Notes under the pieces: model-generated
Told to the model about the DNA's origin: nothing
The model's database searches: none
Seen by the model: the letters and a program-made list of their open reading frames with translations, nothing else
Assembly: GCA_039794085.1 (NCBI GenBank)
Contig: JBDIWC010000091.1
Coordinates: 1 to 10,417, forward strand
DNA length: 10,417 nucleotides
Direction of reading: 5' to 3'
From: Gemmatimonadales bacterium
Lineage (GTDB): Bacteria > Gemmatimonadota > Gemmatimonadetes > Gemmatimonadales > GWC2-71-9
Shown here: positions 1-7,406 of the stretch, one piece after another
How positions within the stretch are numbered: the first letter of the stretch is position 1
How the letters are laid out: every line of letters begins with the position of its first letter
Made by a program: the position numbers and the translations under genes

Positions 1-319
1 ATCGGAGCCGCACCTGGGCCGAGAAAGGCTGGCGGCGCTGGTATGGCTGGGCGATCCGCTCGCGGCTGGAGCCGGTGAAGGCCGTCGCTCGCATGATCAA
101 GGAGCACCTGTGGGGCATCCTCAATGCGGTGGTGTTACGCGCCACCAACGGCCCCGCCGAGAGCATCAACAGCCGGATCAAGACGATCAAGATCCGCAGC
201 CGCGGCTTCCGCAACAAGGAGCGCTTCAAGACGGCCATCTATTTCCATCTGGGTGGCCTGAATCTCTATCCGGCTGGTGTCAAGTGAGGCCGGTTACCCA
301 CTCAATCGGGTGAAGACCC
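1..319 (+). mobile_element. ISL3-family insertion sequence, right end; terminal IR about 294-319
   Basis: The reverse complement of 294-319 is GGGTCTTCACCCGATTGAGTGGGTAA, a GGnTCTTC-type ISL3 terminus just after the transposase stop. The AT-rich flank GAAATTGT (320-327) is a candidate 8-bp target duplication; the other copy would lie outside the window. Confidence 0.85.
3..287 (+). CDS. ISL3-family transposase, C-terminal part (5' end outside window)
   Basis: The frame is open from base 3: RSRTWAEKGWRRWYGWAIRSRLEPVKAVARMIKEHLWGILNAVVLRATNGPAESINSRIKTIKIRSRGFRNKERFKTAIYFHLGGLNLYP. TNGxxExxNxxIKxIKxxxRGFRN (catalytic Glu region) and YFHLGGLxLYP are typical of ISL3 transposase C-termini. Confidence 0.93.
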   Translation, partial: RSRTWAEKGWRRWYGWAIRSRLEPVKAVARMIKEHLWGILNAVVLRATNGPAESINSRIKTIKIRSRGFRNKERFKTAIYFHLGGLNLYPAGVK

Positions 320-808
320 GAAATTGTGGAAGATGCCCGGCGGACTTGAGGCTATGATGGAAGTCCCCGAAGCAGGCGTCGTGTTGATGATCCACGGGGG
401 TGGGTCGTTGGCCGGCTCGTCCGTCGTGATAGCAGCGTTGTGTGAGTGTTCAGCCTTGCTCCCAACGTATTGTGTCCAGGCACTCACCTTGAGAGGACTG
501 ATGGATGCAGTCGTACTCGCCAGTTGGATTACCGCATCACGGGGTTCCTCATCGGCAAGGGAAGCCTATTCCATCCCCAGCCGGGAACCGTCAGCGAAAA
601 TCCGTGACACAACGGTGTCCGTCATCATCAACAGCGAGTCGACCCCCGGACCGACGTAGACCCCCTCGACACGCGCCTGAAGGCGCCGGTCGCTTGGAAT
701 CACCCCGACATCGGTAACGGGGGACACCGTCGCCCCTTCACAACTTGCGAGACCTACGCAGCACACCAAGACCATGCCAATCCTGTGATTCTTGAGATCC
801 CGTGTCAT
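320..808 (-). pseudogene. Putative lipoprotein gene with an internal TAG (568-566), truncated by the ISL3 insertion at 319/320
   Basis: ATG at 808 follows an RBS (GGAGGAGCGATG). The signal peptide ends in lipobox-like VGLAS-C. The same frame continues past TAG (…LGME*ASLADEEPRDAVIQLASTTASISPLKVSAWTQY…GIFHNF) without a further stop until the IS end. ORFs 566..808 and 302..487 are in frame. Confidence 0.65.
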
Positions 809-858
809 CGCTCCTCCAGTTCAAGGGTAGGGATTCCTCTTCCTCGTTGCGTTCCGGC

Positions 859-2217
859 TCATTCTTCGGTACACGGCACAAGTACTGATCGGACCAGGAA
901 CGGCCCAATCATTTTGTTCACTACCCTCGTCATCCCCCAAGCGAGCAGCAATGAACCATCAGGCAGGCGGGTGAGCCTCGGTTGGGAGGCCATGTATTTG
1001 ATCGGCAACGTCTCGGCGCGAACACCTGAATGGCGGTAGGAGAGCCCCAGGGGGCTCTTGCCCTCACGACGGATCACTACATGGAGAACGCGGTCAGCGG
1101 AGACCTCGCTCGTCATGCCCACGATGAACCCCCTCACGGATACCGTGGACAGATGACGCCAGGCTCCGCTGCCCGTTGGTCTCAAGTACACGACAACGGA
1201 GTCCTCACCCCCTTCTCCCCGCACACCCCAGAGGAGAACCTGCCCGCGCCCCGGTACTTCATGGGAAACGGGATAGTGACGCTGAGCCTCGGTGTCCACC
1301 GAGTCCAGCGGCACGACCATCTCCCATGCGCCTCCCCACTCCCGAGAACGCGTCACATAGACATTCGCGTTGCTACCGCTGCTTCCTGACCCCATACCTA
1401 TGACGCCGAGGGTGAGCTCCTGGTCAGAGTCCACCCCAAGAGTGGCATATCCGACGAACACCGGAATCCCCACGCGGATCGTAGACCAATCCCAGCCACC
1501 ACCAACTGTGCTTGGCCTCCGGCTTCCCCTTACGATGTGAAACCCGCTGTCTCGCCCCATAAAGTGGACCGCCAGGAATACCGTGTCCCCCTTGACGACG
1601 GCATTGGTGACAGAGTGGTCCCAACGCATGGCACTTGCCACCAGGATCGGCTCGGGCTCGCTCCATCTTCCGGCTCGAAACTCGGCATGAAACACGGTGT
1701 CTGTCCTCGCAAGAGGAGCACCCTCACGAGCACGCATCCAGAACATGTGAGATGTCCCGTCCTCGGCCATCTCCAACACCGGTCCCCTGTGTCCTCTCTC
1801 GAATTTCCCAAACGACTCCGGCGTCACCAACAACTGCCAGTTTCCGTCGGCCCCACGGACAGCCCCGACCGCGCGGTTAGTGGAATCTGCGAACGAGGCA
1901 CTGGGCCCTGCTTCCATCCGGGCTCGAGTGAGAATGAAAGTCGGATAGCCAAGCGCAACGGTTCGGGACGAGTTGGAGTCGAGCCAGATGCGCGCCTTCT
2001 CCACGTAGATGGATGAGTCGGCGGCGAAGGATTTCACACTGGTGAATGAACCGCACTGATTGTAAGCTTCTTGACCTCCACTCTCCTGACTCTGGGCTCT
2101 CGAGCTGACGGTGCAACCGAAGGCCGCCCAGAGGACAGTAAACGTGCACCACAGACCCCTCGACGACCGGTGAGGACTGTGAACCCACGCGAAGAGCCAT
2201 TGCAAGGCTGCTTTCAT
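859..2217 (-). CDS. Hypothetical secreted/lipoprotein, probable beta-propeller with BNR/Asp-box-like motifs (paralog 1)
   Basis: 452-aa ORF with RBS GGAG 5 nt before ATG and a hydrophobic segment ending AAFG-C. It has repeated strand-turn-Trp units (VRGADGNW, FRAGRWS, VTRSREWGGAW, LRPTGSGAW) and is co-linear with the 5691..7091 protein. The fold is inferred. Confidence 0.8.
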   Translation of the reverse strand: MKAALQWLFAWVHSPHRSSRGLWCTFTVLWAAFGCTVSSRAQSQESGGQEAYNQCGSFTSVKSFAADSSIYVEKARIWLDSNSSRTVALGYPTFILTRARMEAGPSASFADSTNRAVGAVRGADGNWQLLVTPESFGKFERGHRGPVLEMAEDGTSHMFWMRAREGAPLARTDTVFHAEFRAGRWSEPEPILVASAMRWDHSVTNAVVKGDTVFLAVHFMGRDSGFHIVRGSRRPSTVGGGWDWSTIRVGIPVFVGYATLGVDSDQELTLGVIGMGSGSSGSNANVYVTRSREWGGAWEMVVPLDSVDTEAQRHYPVSHEVPGRGQVLLWGVRGEGGEDSVVVYLRPTGSGAWRHLSTVSVRGFIVGMTSEVSADRVLHVVIRREGKSPLGLSYRHSGVRAETLPIKYMASQPRLTRLPDGSLLLAWGMTRVVNKMIGPFLVRSVLVPCTEE

Positions 2218-2241
2218 CGTATCTCCATCACAACGGTGGTC

Positions 2242-2296
2242 ATGTTATTAACATAAGTTACACTGTTCTTTTACACTGTTCTTTTATGTCTGTCAA
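2242..2296 (-). promoter_or_regulatory. Sigma70-like promoter region for 859..2217: TTGACA (2296-2291), TAACTT (2260-2255), inverted repeat ATGTTA-T-TAACAT (2242-2254)
   Basis: AT-rich patch in GC-rich DNA with a consensus -35 hexamer. The best -10 is displaced by a 13-bp duplication. Confidence 0.55.
2258..2286. repeat. Perfect 13-bp tandem duplication (TTACACTGTTCTT)x2 + TTA
   Basis: 2258-2270 and 2271-2283 are identical. Confidence 0.95.
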
Positions 2297-2356
2297 GGAG
2301 ATACTTTGCCCACCCCCTACCTGCCCCACAAGGACCCGGTTCCGCACAGAACTAAG

Positions 2357-2497
2357 CCGCCCCGATATCGCACGGCTCTCCCGGTACGATTCGAGGCCGG
2401 TCCAGAGCAGGATCGCGGTCCCGATCATGGCCACGGTGCTGGCCACCGCAAGCGAGTACCGAAGGGCGGCGTCGTCCCCGGAACAGGTAGGTGAAGG
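2357..2497 (-). pseudogene. Frameshifted remnant of an MFS transporter 3' end (homologous to about 7443-7580)
   Basis: It translates as …FTYLFR/DDAALRYSLAVASTVAMIGTAILLWTGLESYRES/VRYR, versus intact LTDYVFRDDAALRYSLAVASTVAMVGAVALLWTGLGSYRKSVRYR. A 33-bp block is identical (2426-2458 = 7510-7542), and there are two single-base insertions relative to the intact gene. Confidence 0.9.
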
Positions 2498-2574
2498 CCG
2501 ACGCGCCCTTGCCATTGGGCCCGCCGTTCGCAACGTTCCCCCATCGCGTTCCCATCCTCCGCTGGAGCCCTGTC

Positions 2575-4218
2575 ATGACTGGTCGTCGTCATTCCCTCTC
2601 CCTCGCCCTCGGCCTTGTTGTCCTGACCACCGCGGTCGTCATCTCGCCCGCCTCTGCCCAGTCCCCTTCGGCCAATCCCGTCATCCAGCGCCTCGGGACC
2701 CTCGGCGTGGACAGTTCCCACACCGAACGGTTTGCCCAGGTGCTCTTCGACTCCATCGGCCCGAGACTCTCCGGCACGCCAGGGCAGCGCCGCGGCAACG
2801 ACTGGCTGGTCGCGACGTACAAGGCGATGGGAATCGAGGCACGGAACGAACCGGTGGGCACCTGGCGCGGTTGGCGGCGCGGACATTCGCACATCGACCT
2901 CCTCTCCCCACGGGCCCGGACCCTCGAGGGCACGATGCTGGGATACAGCCCCGGCACCGGCGGGCGCGACCTGAGGGCCACCACGGTCATCCTGCCCGCG
3001 TTCCGGGACAGCACGGAGTTCGTGGCGTGGCTTCCCGCCGTCCGCGGCAAATTCGTTCTGCTGTCTCCTGCCCAACCGACCTGCCGACCCACCGAGAACT
3101 GGGCCCAGCACGCCACCCCGGCTTCCAAGGAGAAGATGGACAGTCTCCGCGCCCGGAACACCCGGGAGTGGCGGGATCGGGTGGCGGCCACGGGGTACAG
3201 TCTTGCGCTCGGCACCGGCTCGCTTGGTCTGCGGCTGGAACAGGCTGGAGCCGCAGGGGCCATCACCTCGCGACCCAAGGACGCCTGGGGGACGATCGAG
3301 ATCTTCGAGACCTACAACACGTCCACACCCGCGGTGGCCCTGAGCTGCGAGGATTATGGCCTGGTGTACCGTCTCACCGAGAACAACCAGCACCCGGAGC
3401 TTCAGCTCAACCTGGACGCCGAACTTCTGGGCGAGCAGCCCATCTTCAACACCGTGGCGATGATTCCCGGCACCGAGAAGCCCGACGAATACGTGGTCCT
3501 CTCCGCCCACTTCGATTCGTGGGACGGTGGCTCCGGCGCCACCGACAACGGCACCGGCACCATCACCATGCTGGAGGCGGCTCGTCTCCTCACCCTCACC
3601 TACCCTCGGCCCAAGCGCACCATCGTCATCGGCCACTGGACGGCGGAGGAGAACGGTCTCGTGGGATCGCGCGCCTTCGCGGAGGACCATCCCGAGATCG
3701 TGACCGGCCTTCAGGCCCTGCTCAATCAGGACAACGGGACCGGACGGGTGATCCGGATGGGCGCCGCCGGACTTCCCAGTGCCGCCCTGCACATCACCTC
3801 CTGGTTGGGACAGGTTCCCTCGGTGTTCCGGGAGCAGGTGAGCTTCAACGGTCCCGGGTTTCCGTCGGGAGGTGGGAGCGACGACGCCTCCTTTGCCTGT
3901 CACGGCGCCCCCGCGTTCAGTCTCGGCGCCCTGGGCTGGGACTATTTCGCCTACACCTGGCACACCAACCGCGACACTTACGACAAGGTCGTTTTCGATG
4001 ACCTCAAGGCCAACGCGACGCTGACGGCGATGCTGGCCTACCTCGCGGCGGACGATCCGGGCACCATCACGCGGGAACGGGTCGATCTCGCGGCGCTTGC
4101 CGCGGCGGCGGCCCGCAGCCGGGCCAACGGCCCGGGAGCGGGCCGAGGTGGGCGGATCCCGACCGCCTGGCCGGAGTGTCAGCAGGCACCGCGGTCCACC
4201 AACCACCGGCTCCGGTAG
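2575..4218 (+). CDS. Secreted M28-family (M20/M25/M40-like) metallopeptidase, carboxypeptidase Q-like, with probable PA-type insert
   Basis: Metal-ligand and catalytic motifs SAHFDSW, GATDNGTG, WTAEENGLVGS, NQDNG, GGSDDASF and YTWHTNRDTYDK. Signal peptide MTGRRHSLSLALGLVVLTTAVVISPASA. ATG 2575 (GGAG upstream) is preferred over GTG 2491. Confidence 0.92.
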   Translation: MTGRRHSLSLALGLVVLTTAVVISPASAQSPSANPVIQRLGTLGVDSSHTERFAQVLFDSIGPRLSGTPGQRRGNDWLVATYKAMGIEARNEPVGTWRGWRRGHSHIDLLSPRARTLEGTMLGYSPGTGGRDLRATTVILPAFRDSTEFVAWLPAVRGKFVLLSPAQPTCRPTENWAQHATPASKEKMDSLRARNTREWRDRVAATGYSLALGTGSLGLRLEQAGAAGAITSRPKDAWGTIEIFETYNTSTPAVALSCEDYGLVYRLTENNQHPELQLNLDAELLGEQPIFNTVAMIPGTEKPDEYVVLSAHFDSWDGGSGATDNGTGTITMLEAARLLTLTYPRPKRTIVIGHWTAEENGLVGSRAFAEDHPEIVTGLQALLNQDNGTGRVIRMGAAGLPSAALHITSWLGQVPSVFREQVSFNGPGFPSGGGSDDASFACHGAPAFSLGALGWDYFAYTWHTNRDTYDKVVFDDLKANATLTAMLAYLAADDPGTITRERVDLAALAAAAARSRANGPGAGRGGRIPTAWPECQQAPRSTNHRLR

Positions 4219-4222
4219 CGGG

Positions 4223-5221
4223 ATGCAGTACACGCGGCTCGGTGGCACGGGACTTGTCGTGTCCCGGATCTGTCTCGGGTGCATGAGCTATGGCAGCTCC
4301 CGGTGGCGGCCCTGGGTGCTCGACGAGGAGGCGGCACGGCCGTTCTTCCGGCGCGCGGTGGAGCACGGCATCACCTTCTTCGACACCGCCGACATGTACT
4401 CCGACGGCGCGAGCGAAGAGGTCACGGGGCGAGCCCTGCGAGAACATGCCCGGATGGACGAGGTCGTGCTCGCCACCAAGGTCTTCTTCCCGATGGGCCA
4501 GGGCCCCAACCGGTGCGGGCTCTCCCGGAAGCACATCGTGCAGGCATGTGAAGCGAGCCTGCGCCGTCTTGGCGTGGAGGCGATCGACCTCTATCAGATT
4601 CACCGGTGGGACCCCCACACGCCGATCGAGGAGACCTTGGCGGCGCTCGATCTGCTCCAGCACTCGGGCAAGATCCGGTATTACGGCGCGAGTTCCGGGT
4701 TCGCCTGGCAGCTCAGCCGGGCCCTCGGCGCCTCGGATCGGAATGGGTGGGGGCGGTTCGTGTCGATGCAGAATCACTACAACCTCCTCTACCGGGAGGA
4801 GGAGCGCGAGATGATCCCGCTCTGCCAGGCGGAGGGACTCGGCATCATTCCCTGGTCCCCCCTGGCCCGGGGACTCCTGGCACGGGCGTCGACCGGCACC
4901 GGAACGACGACACGCTCCGGGAACGACACGTTCACGTCCCAGCTCTACGGCGGTGCGGGAGACGGGGAGATCCTCGCCGCCGTGGCGCGCGTGGCGGCCG
5001 CACGGGGAGTGACGGCGGCGGAGGTGGCGCTGGCCTGGCTGCTGGGCAATCCCGCAGTGACGGGGCCGATCATCGGCGCCACCCGGATCGAGCATCTCGA
5101 CAGCGCGGTGCGCGCCGTGGACCTGGTGCTGTCCGAGGAGGAGCGGTGCCAATTGAAGGCGCCGTACCGACCGTGCGAAGTGAGGGGCATCGCCTTCTCA
5201 CCGGGCCCCGTGCCGCGGTAG
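4223..5221 (+). CDS. Aldo/keto reductase (YajO/aryl-alcohol-dehydrogenase-like)
   Basis: Starts MQYTRLGGTGLVVSRICLGCMSYG. The catalytic tetrad lies in FFDTADMY (D, Y), LATK (K) and YQIHRWD (H); also MQNHYNLLYRE, PWSPLARG and PIIGAT. It begins 4 nt after the peptidase stop. Confidence 0.95.
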   Translation: MQYTRLGGTGLVVSRICLGCMSYGSSRWRPWVLDEEAARPFFRRAVEHGITFFDTADMYSDGASEEVTGRALREHARMDEVVLATKVFFPMGQGPNRCGLSRKHIVQACEASLRRLGVEAIDLYQIHRWDPHTPIEETLAALDLLQHSGKIRYYGASSGFAWQLSRALGASDRNGWGRFVSMQNHYNLLYREEEREMIPLCQAEGLGIIPWSPLARGLLARASTGTGTTTRSGNDTFTSQLYGGAGDGEILAAVARVAAARGVTAAEVALAWLLGNPAVTGPIIGATRIEHLDSAVRAVDLVLSEEERCQLKAPYRPCEVRGIAFSPGPVPR

Positions 5222-5228
5222 AAGCAGT

Positions 5229-5252
5229 CGATCCGGATCAGCGCCCGGATCG
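5229..5252 (+). terminator. Possible hairpin or weak terminator after the AKR gene
   Basis: CGATCCGG (5229-5236) and CCGGATCG (5245-5252) form an 8-bp stem followed by TGTATGTT. There is no clean U-tract. Confidence 0.3.
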
Positions 5253-5301
5253 TGTATGTTCCAAGGTCCAGGCTCTGGGCATGGCCCGGAAGGAGGACAT
5301 C

Positions 5302-5649
5302 ATGTCGTTCGCGTCTCGCATTCTGCTGCTGGTCGTTCTGACCGTCGCCTGCGCCAAGCGCGACCCCGACCAACCAGCTCCCGAGAACGCACCGGCCGTG
5401 CTGGTCGTCAACAATCACGGCTTCCTCGACCGCACGATCCACCTCATCCGCGGGACTCTCCGGATTCGCCTGGGCGTGGCACCGGGGAAACAGACCACGG
5501 AATTCGTCATCCCCGAGCGCTACAGCCGGGAGCGGGTACCCCTCCGCTTCGAAGCCGACCCCGTCGGCTCCCGCGCCGTGGTGTCCACCCGCGAGGAGGT
5601 GGTCTTCCCCGGGACCATCGTGACCCTGACGATCATCGACCGGAACTGA
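5302..5649 (+). CDS. Small hypothetical lipoprotein (115 aa)
   Basis: RBS AGGAGG at 5291-5296 and a lipoprotein signal MSFASRILLLVVLTVA-C. The mature domain is beta-rich (VLVVNNHGFLDRTIHLIRG…RLGV…FVIP). This is the 3' part of the listed 4606..5649 ORF. Confidence 0.85.
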   Translation: MSFASRILLLVVLTVACAKRDPDQPAPENAPAVLVVNNHGFLDRTIHLIRGTLRIRLGVAPGKQTTEFVIPERYSRERVPLRFEADPVGSRAVVSTREEVVFPGTIVTLTIIDRN

Positions 5650-5690
5650 AGACCACCCACCTCCTCCGTGGTTGGTGCCACCGTCCTGCA

Positions 5691-7091
5691 TCAATCACCA
5701 GGGGTGGGAGATGTGGGACATGGCCTCAGGCGAGCCGTCATCGAATACGGCAACACGACCGAGTCGGCGACTCCCTCTATTCCCCGGAGCACCGCCAACT
5801 TCCCCCAGGTCAGGAAGAGCGAGCCGTCCTTCCTGGCAGTGAGCGTCGGCCGTGAGAACGATTCGCCGCTGATCGGCCTGTCTCCGAGCACCAGCGAACG
5901 GTCCCGGTCGAAGGCAAGGTGCAGGGGCGCCTTTCCCCGCGACCACAGAACCGCGTGTAGTACTCCGTCGCCGGACATGGCCGTGGTCACTCCGTTGACA
6001 AACCCTCCAGCGGCACGGGTGGCAAGATGATCCCACCGGTCAGCCACATCGTGCGACCGCACGTACACCTCAATGGAGTCGCTGTCCCCCCCACCGCGGA
6101 CCACCCAGATGAACGCCTGGTCGCCGTTCGGGAAGGTCTGGAACTCCGGGTACTGATGCTGGCGGCCGGCGCCCCCACCTCTCGCAAGTTCGTCTATCGG
6201 TTCCCAGGAGTCCGTTTCTTTCCTGGACCGGGTCACATAGACGGCGGTTGTATCACCAACGACGCCGGGGACGAGTCCGACCAAGCCCAGGGTCTGGTCA
6301 TCTGTGCTACCAGTACCCAGGGCAGCAAAGGCCACGAAGAGAGGGATTCCTACCTCCGAGGAAGTCCATATCCAGCCACCTGAAGTCTGGCTACCGGACT
6401 GTCGAACCCCCTGAACCATATGGAATCCGGAAGGCCTACGCATGTGGTGCACCAGAAGCATCACCGTATCGACGCGCGCATACGCACTCCTGACGAAGTC
6501 GCGCCAGGCCACGGCAGGAGCCGCGAGGACGACGCCTCGATCGCTCCACTGCCCGGAACGGAACTCGGCGTGGAATACGGTATCTGTGCCGGTCATTGGG
6601 CCATACCGCGCACGCATCCAGAACAGGTGCAGGGTACCATCGTCTGCAAGTTCGAGCATCGCGTTGTTCAGGTCCGTATCCGACACCCCGAGCGCTTCGG
6701 GCACAGCCACCGGCGCCCAAGCCCCGTCCGATCTCCGAACTACCCCCACTGCCCGGCGCATGGAATCGGCGAGTGACTGGGACGGGCCTGCCCTGGTGAG
6801 TGGCCGGGGGATCACCAGGACAGGACGACCGACCGCCAGAGCCGGCTCCCCTGTGGCGGGGTCAAACCAGACCCGGGCACGTTCCACATAGACGGAGGAG
6901 TCGGGCGCGATCGGCCGGGGGTTCACGAAGCGGCCACATTGGGCCAGATCGGTGCCCACTCCGGCAGGTCCCGATTCCTCCAGAAACGGTTGACAGGCAC
7001 CCACAACGGCCAGAACAACCCCGGCGCACACTTGAGGGAAGAAGCGAAGGAGAAAACCCGCTGCGTGAATTAGCATGATGACCCGATCCAT
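5691..7091 (-). CDS. Hypothetical lipoprotein, probable beta-propeller (paralog 2)
   Basis: 466-aa ORF with signal AGVVLAVVGA-C. It shares QCGxF, DSSxYVExARxW, AGPSxSxADS, DGTxHxFWMRAR, TDTVFHAEFR, SGFH, VGIPxFV, VYVTRSR, DGSLxLxWG and C-terminal PC with 859..2217. The exact start is uncertain. Confidence 0.82.
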   Translation of the reverse strand: MDRVIMLIHAAGFLLRFFPQVCAGVVLAVVGACQPFLEESGPAGVGTDLAQCGRFVNPRPIAPDSSVYVERARVWFDPATGEPALAVGRPVLVIPRPLTRAGPSQSLADSMRRAVGVVRRSDGAWAPVAVPEALGVSDTDLNNAMLELADDGTLHLFWMRARYGPMTGTDTVFHAEFRSGQWSDRGVVLAAPAVAWRDFVRSAYARVDTVMLLVHHMRRPSGFHMVQGVRQSGSQTSGGWIWTSSEVGIPLFVAFAALGTGSTDDQTLGLVGLVPGVVGDTTAVYVTRSRKETDSWEPIDELARGGGAGRQHQYPEFQTFPNGDQAFIWVVRGGGDSDSIEVYVRSHDVADRWDHLATRAAGGFVNGVTTAMSGDGVLHAVLWSRGKAPLHLAFDRDRSLVLGDRPISGESFSRPTLTARKDGSLFLTWGKLAVLRGIEGVADSVVLPYSMTARLRPCPTSPTPGD

Positions 7092-7311
7092 GACTCCATT
7101 CGTCGCTGCATTCCCCCTCGAGCGGGGCGGCAGTAGAAAGGTGCGGCAGATGGAAAGACAATACCAGAAATATCGCCGTCAAGATATCGTGTTTTGAGAA
7201 CCATCCCCGGCATCCTGCCCAGGACGGAGACCGACCCCTCTCGTCGTACCTGTCGAGGCGCGGGACAGCCACTGATATCCGGACGACGGGAAGTACACCT
7301 GCCGTGTTCTC

Positions 7312-7337
7312 AGATCCCTCGTTTCACTCGGGATGAC
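7312..7337 (-). repeat. GTCATCCC-type REP-like palindromic element (GTCATCCCGAGTGAAACGAGGGATCT)
   Basis: ATCCC/GGGAT stem (7314-7318 and 7330-7334). It resembles the widespread GTCATYCYGAGCGAAGCGARGRATCT intergenic repeats (recognised from memory). Confidence 0.65.
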
Positions 7338-7353
7338 AGCGCATTGCTCCGAA

Positions 7354-7376
7354 GGGCGAATGTCATTCGCCCCTAT
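7354..7376 (-). repeat. GTAG-family-like REP variant (ATAG-GGGCGAATG-A-CATTCGCCC)
   Basis: Perfect 9-bp arms at 7354-7362 and 7364-7372, preceded on the minus strand by ATAG. Confidence 0.65.
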
Positions 7377-7406
7377 CTCCTACCGCCTACCGCCTATCGC
7401 GTATCT
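7372..7406. repeat. Five degenerate tandem heptamers (CCTATCT CCTACCG CCTACCG CCTATCG CGTATCT)
   Basis: Read directly; the array spans the MFS stop codon. Confidence 0.8.

Noticed and set aside
566..568. Amber recoding or pyrrolysine read-through of the in-frame TAG
   Set aside because: The M28 peptidase (4216-4218), AKR (5219-5221) and MFS (7389-7387) genes all end in TAG at plausible positions, and no pyl genes are present. A nonsense mutation or sequencing error is simpler.
2426..2458. Duplicated MFS end as the template/variable repeat pair of a diversity-generating retroelement
   Set aside because: Differences are not adenine-specific, they include indels, and no reverse transcriptase is present.
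2258..2533. 91-aa ORF as a functional small membrane protein
   Set aside because: Its only protein-like part is the MFS-derived helix, bounded by frameshifts. The rest runs through promoter DNA.
2491..2574. Longer starts for the peptidase (2491) and the AKR (4097)
   Set aside because: The signal peptide and RBS support 2575. AKR family similarity starts at 4223, and 4097 overlaps the peptidase.
2286..4284. Long ORFs 2286..4001 (+) and 2425..4284 (-)
   Set aside because: These are shadow frames of the M28 peptidase in high-GC DNA; they are Arg/Pro/Gly-rich with no motifs.
5652..5676. Hairpin between the convergent genes as an intrinsic terminator
   Set aside because: The stem has 8 pairs with a mismatch and no U-tract on either strand.
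4067..5855. ORFs 4067..5152 (-), 4945..5694 (-), 5256..5855 (+) and the 5' part of 4606..5649
   Set aside because: They overlap the well-supported AKR and lipoprotein genes and have shadow-ORF composition.
7157..7182. TTGACG…TATTGT as a -35/-10 promoter for propeller 2
   Set aside because: Spacing is only 13 bp. An extended -10 (TGG-TATTGT) is possible but too weak to call.
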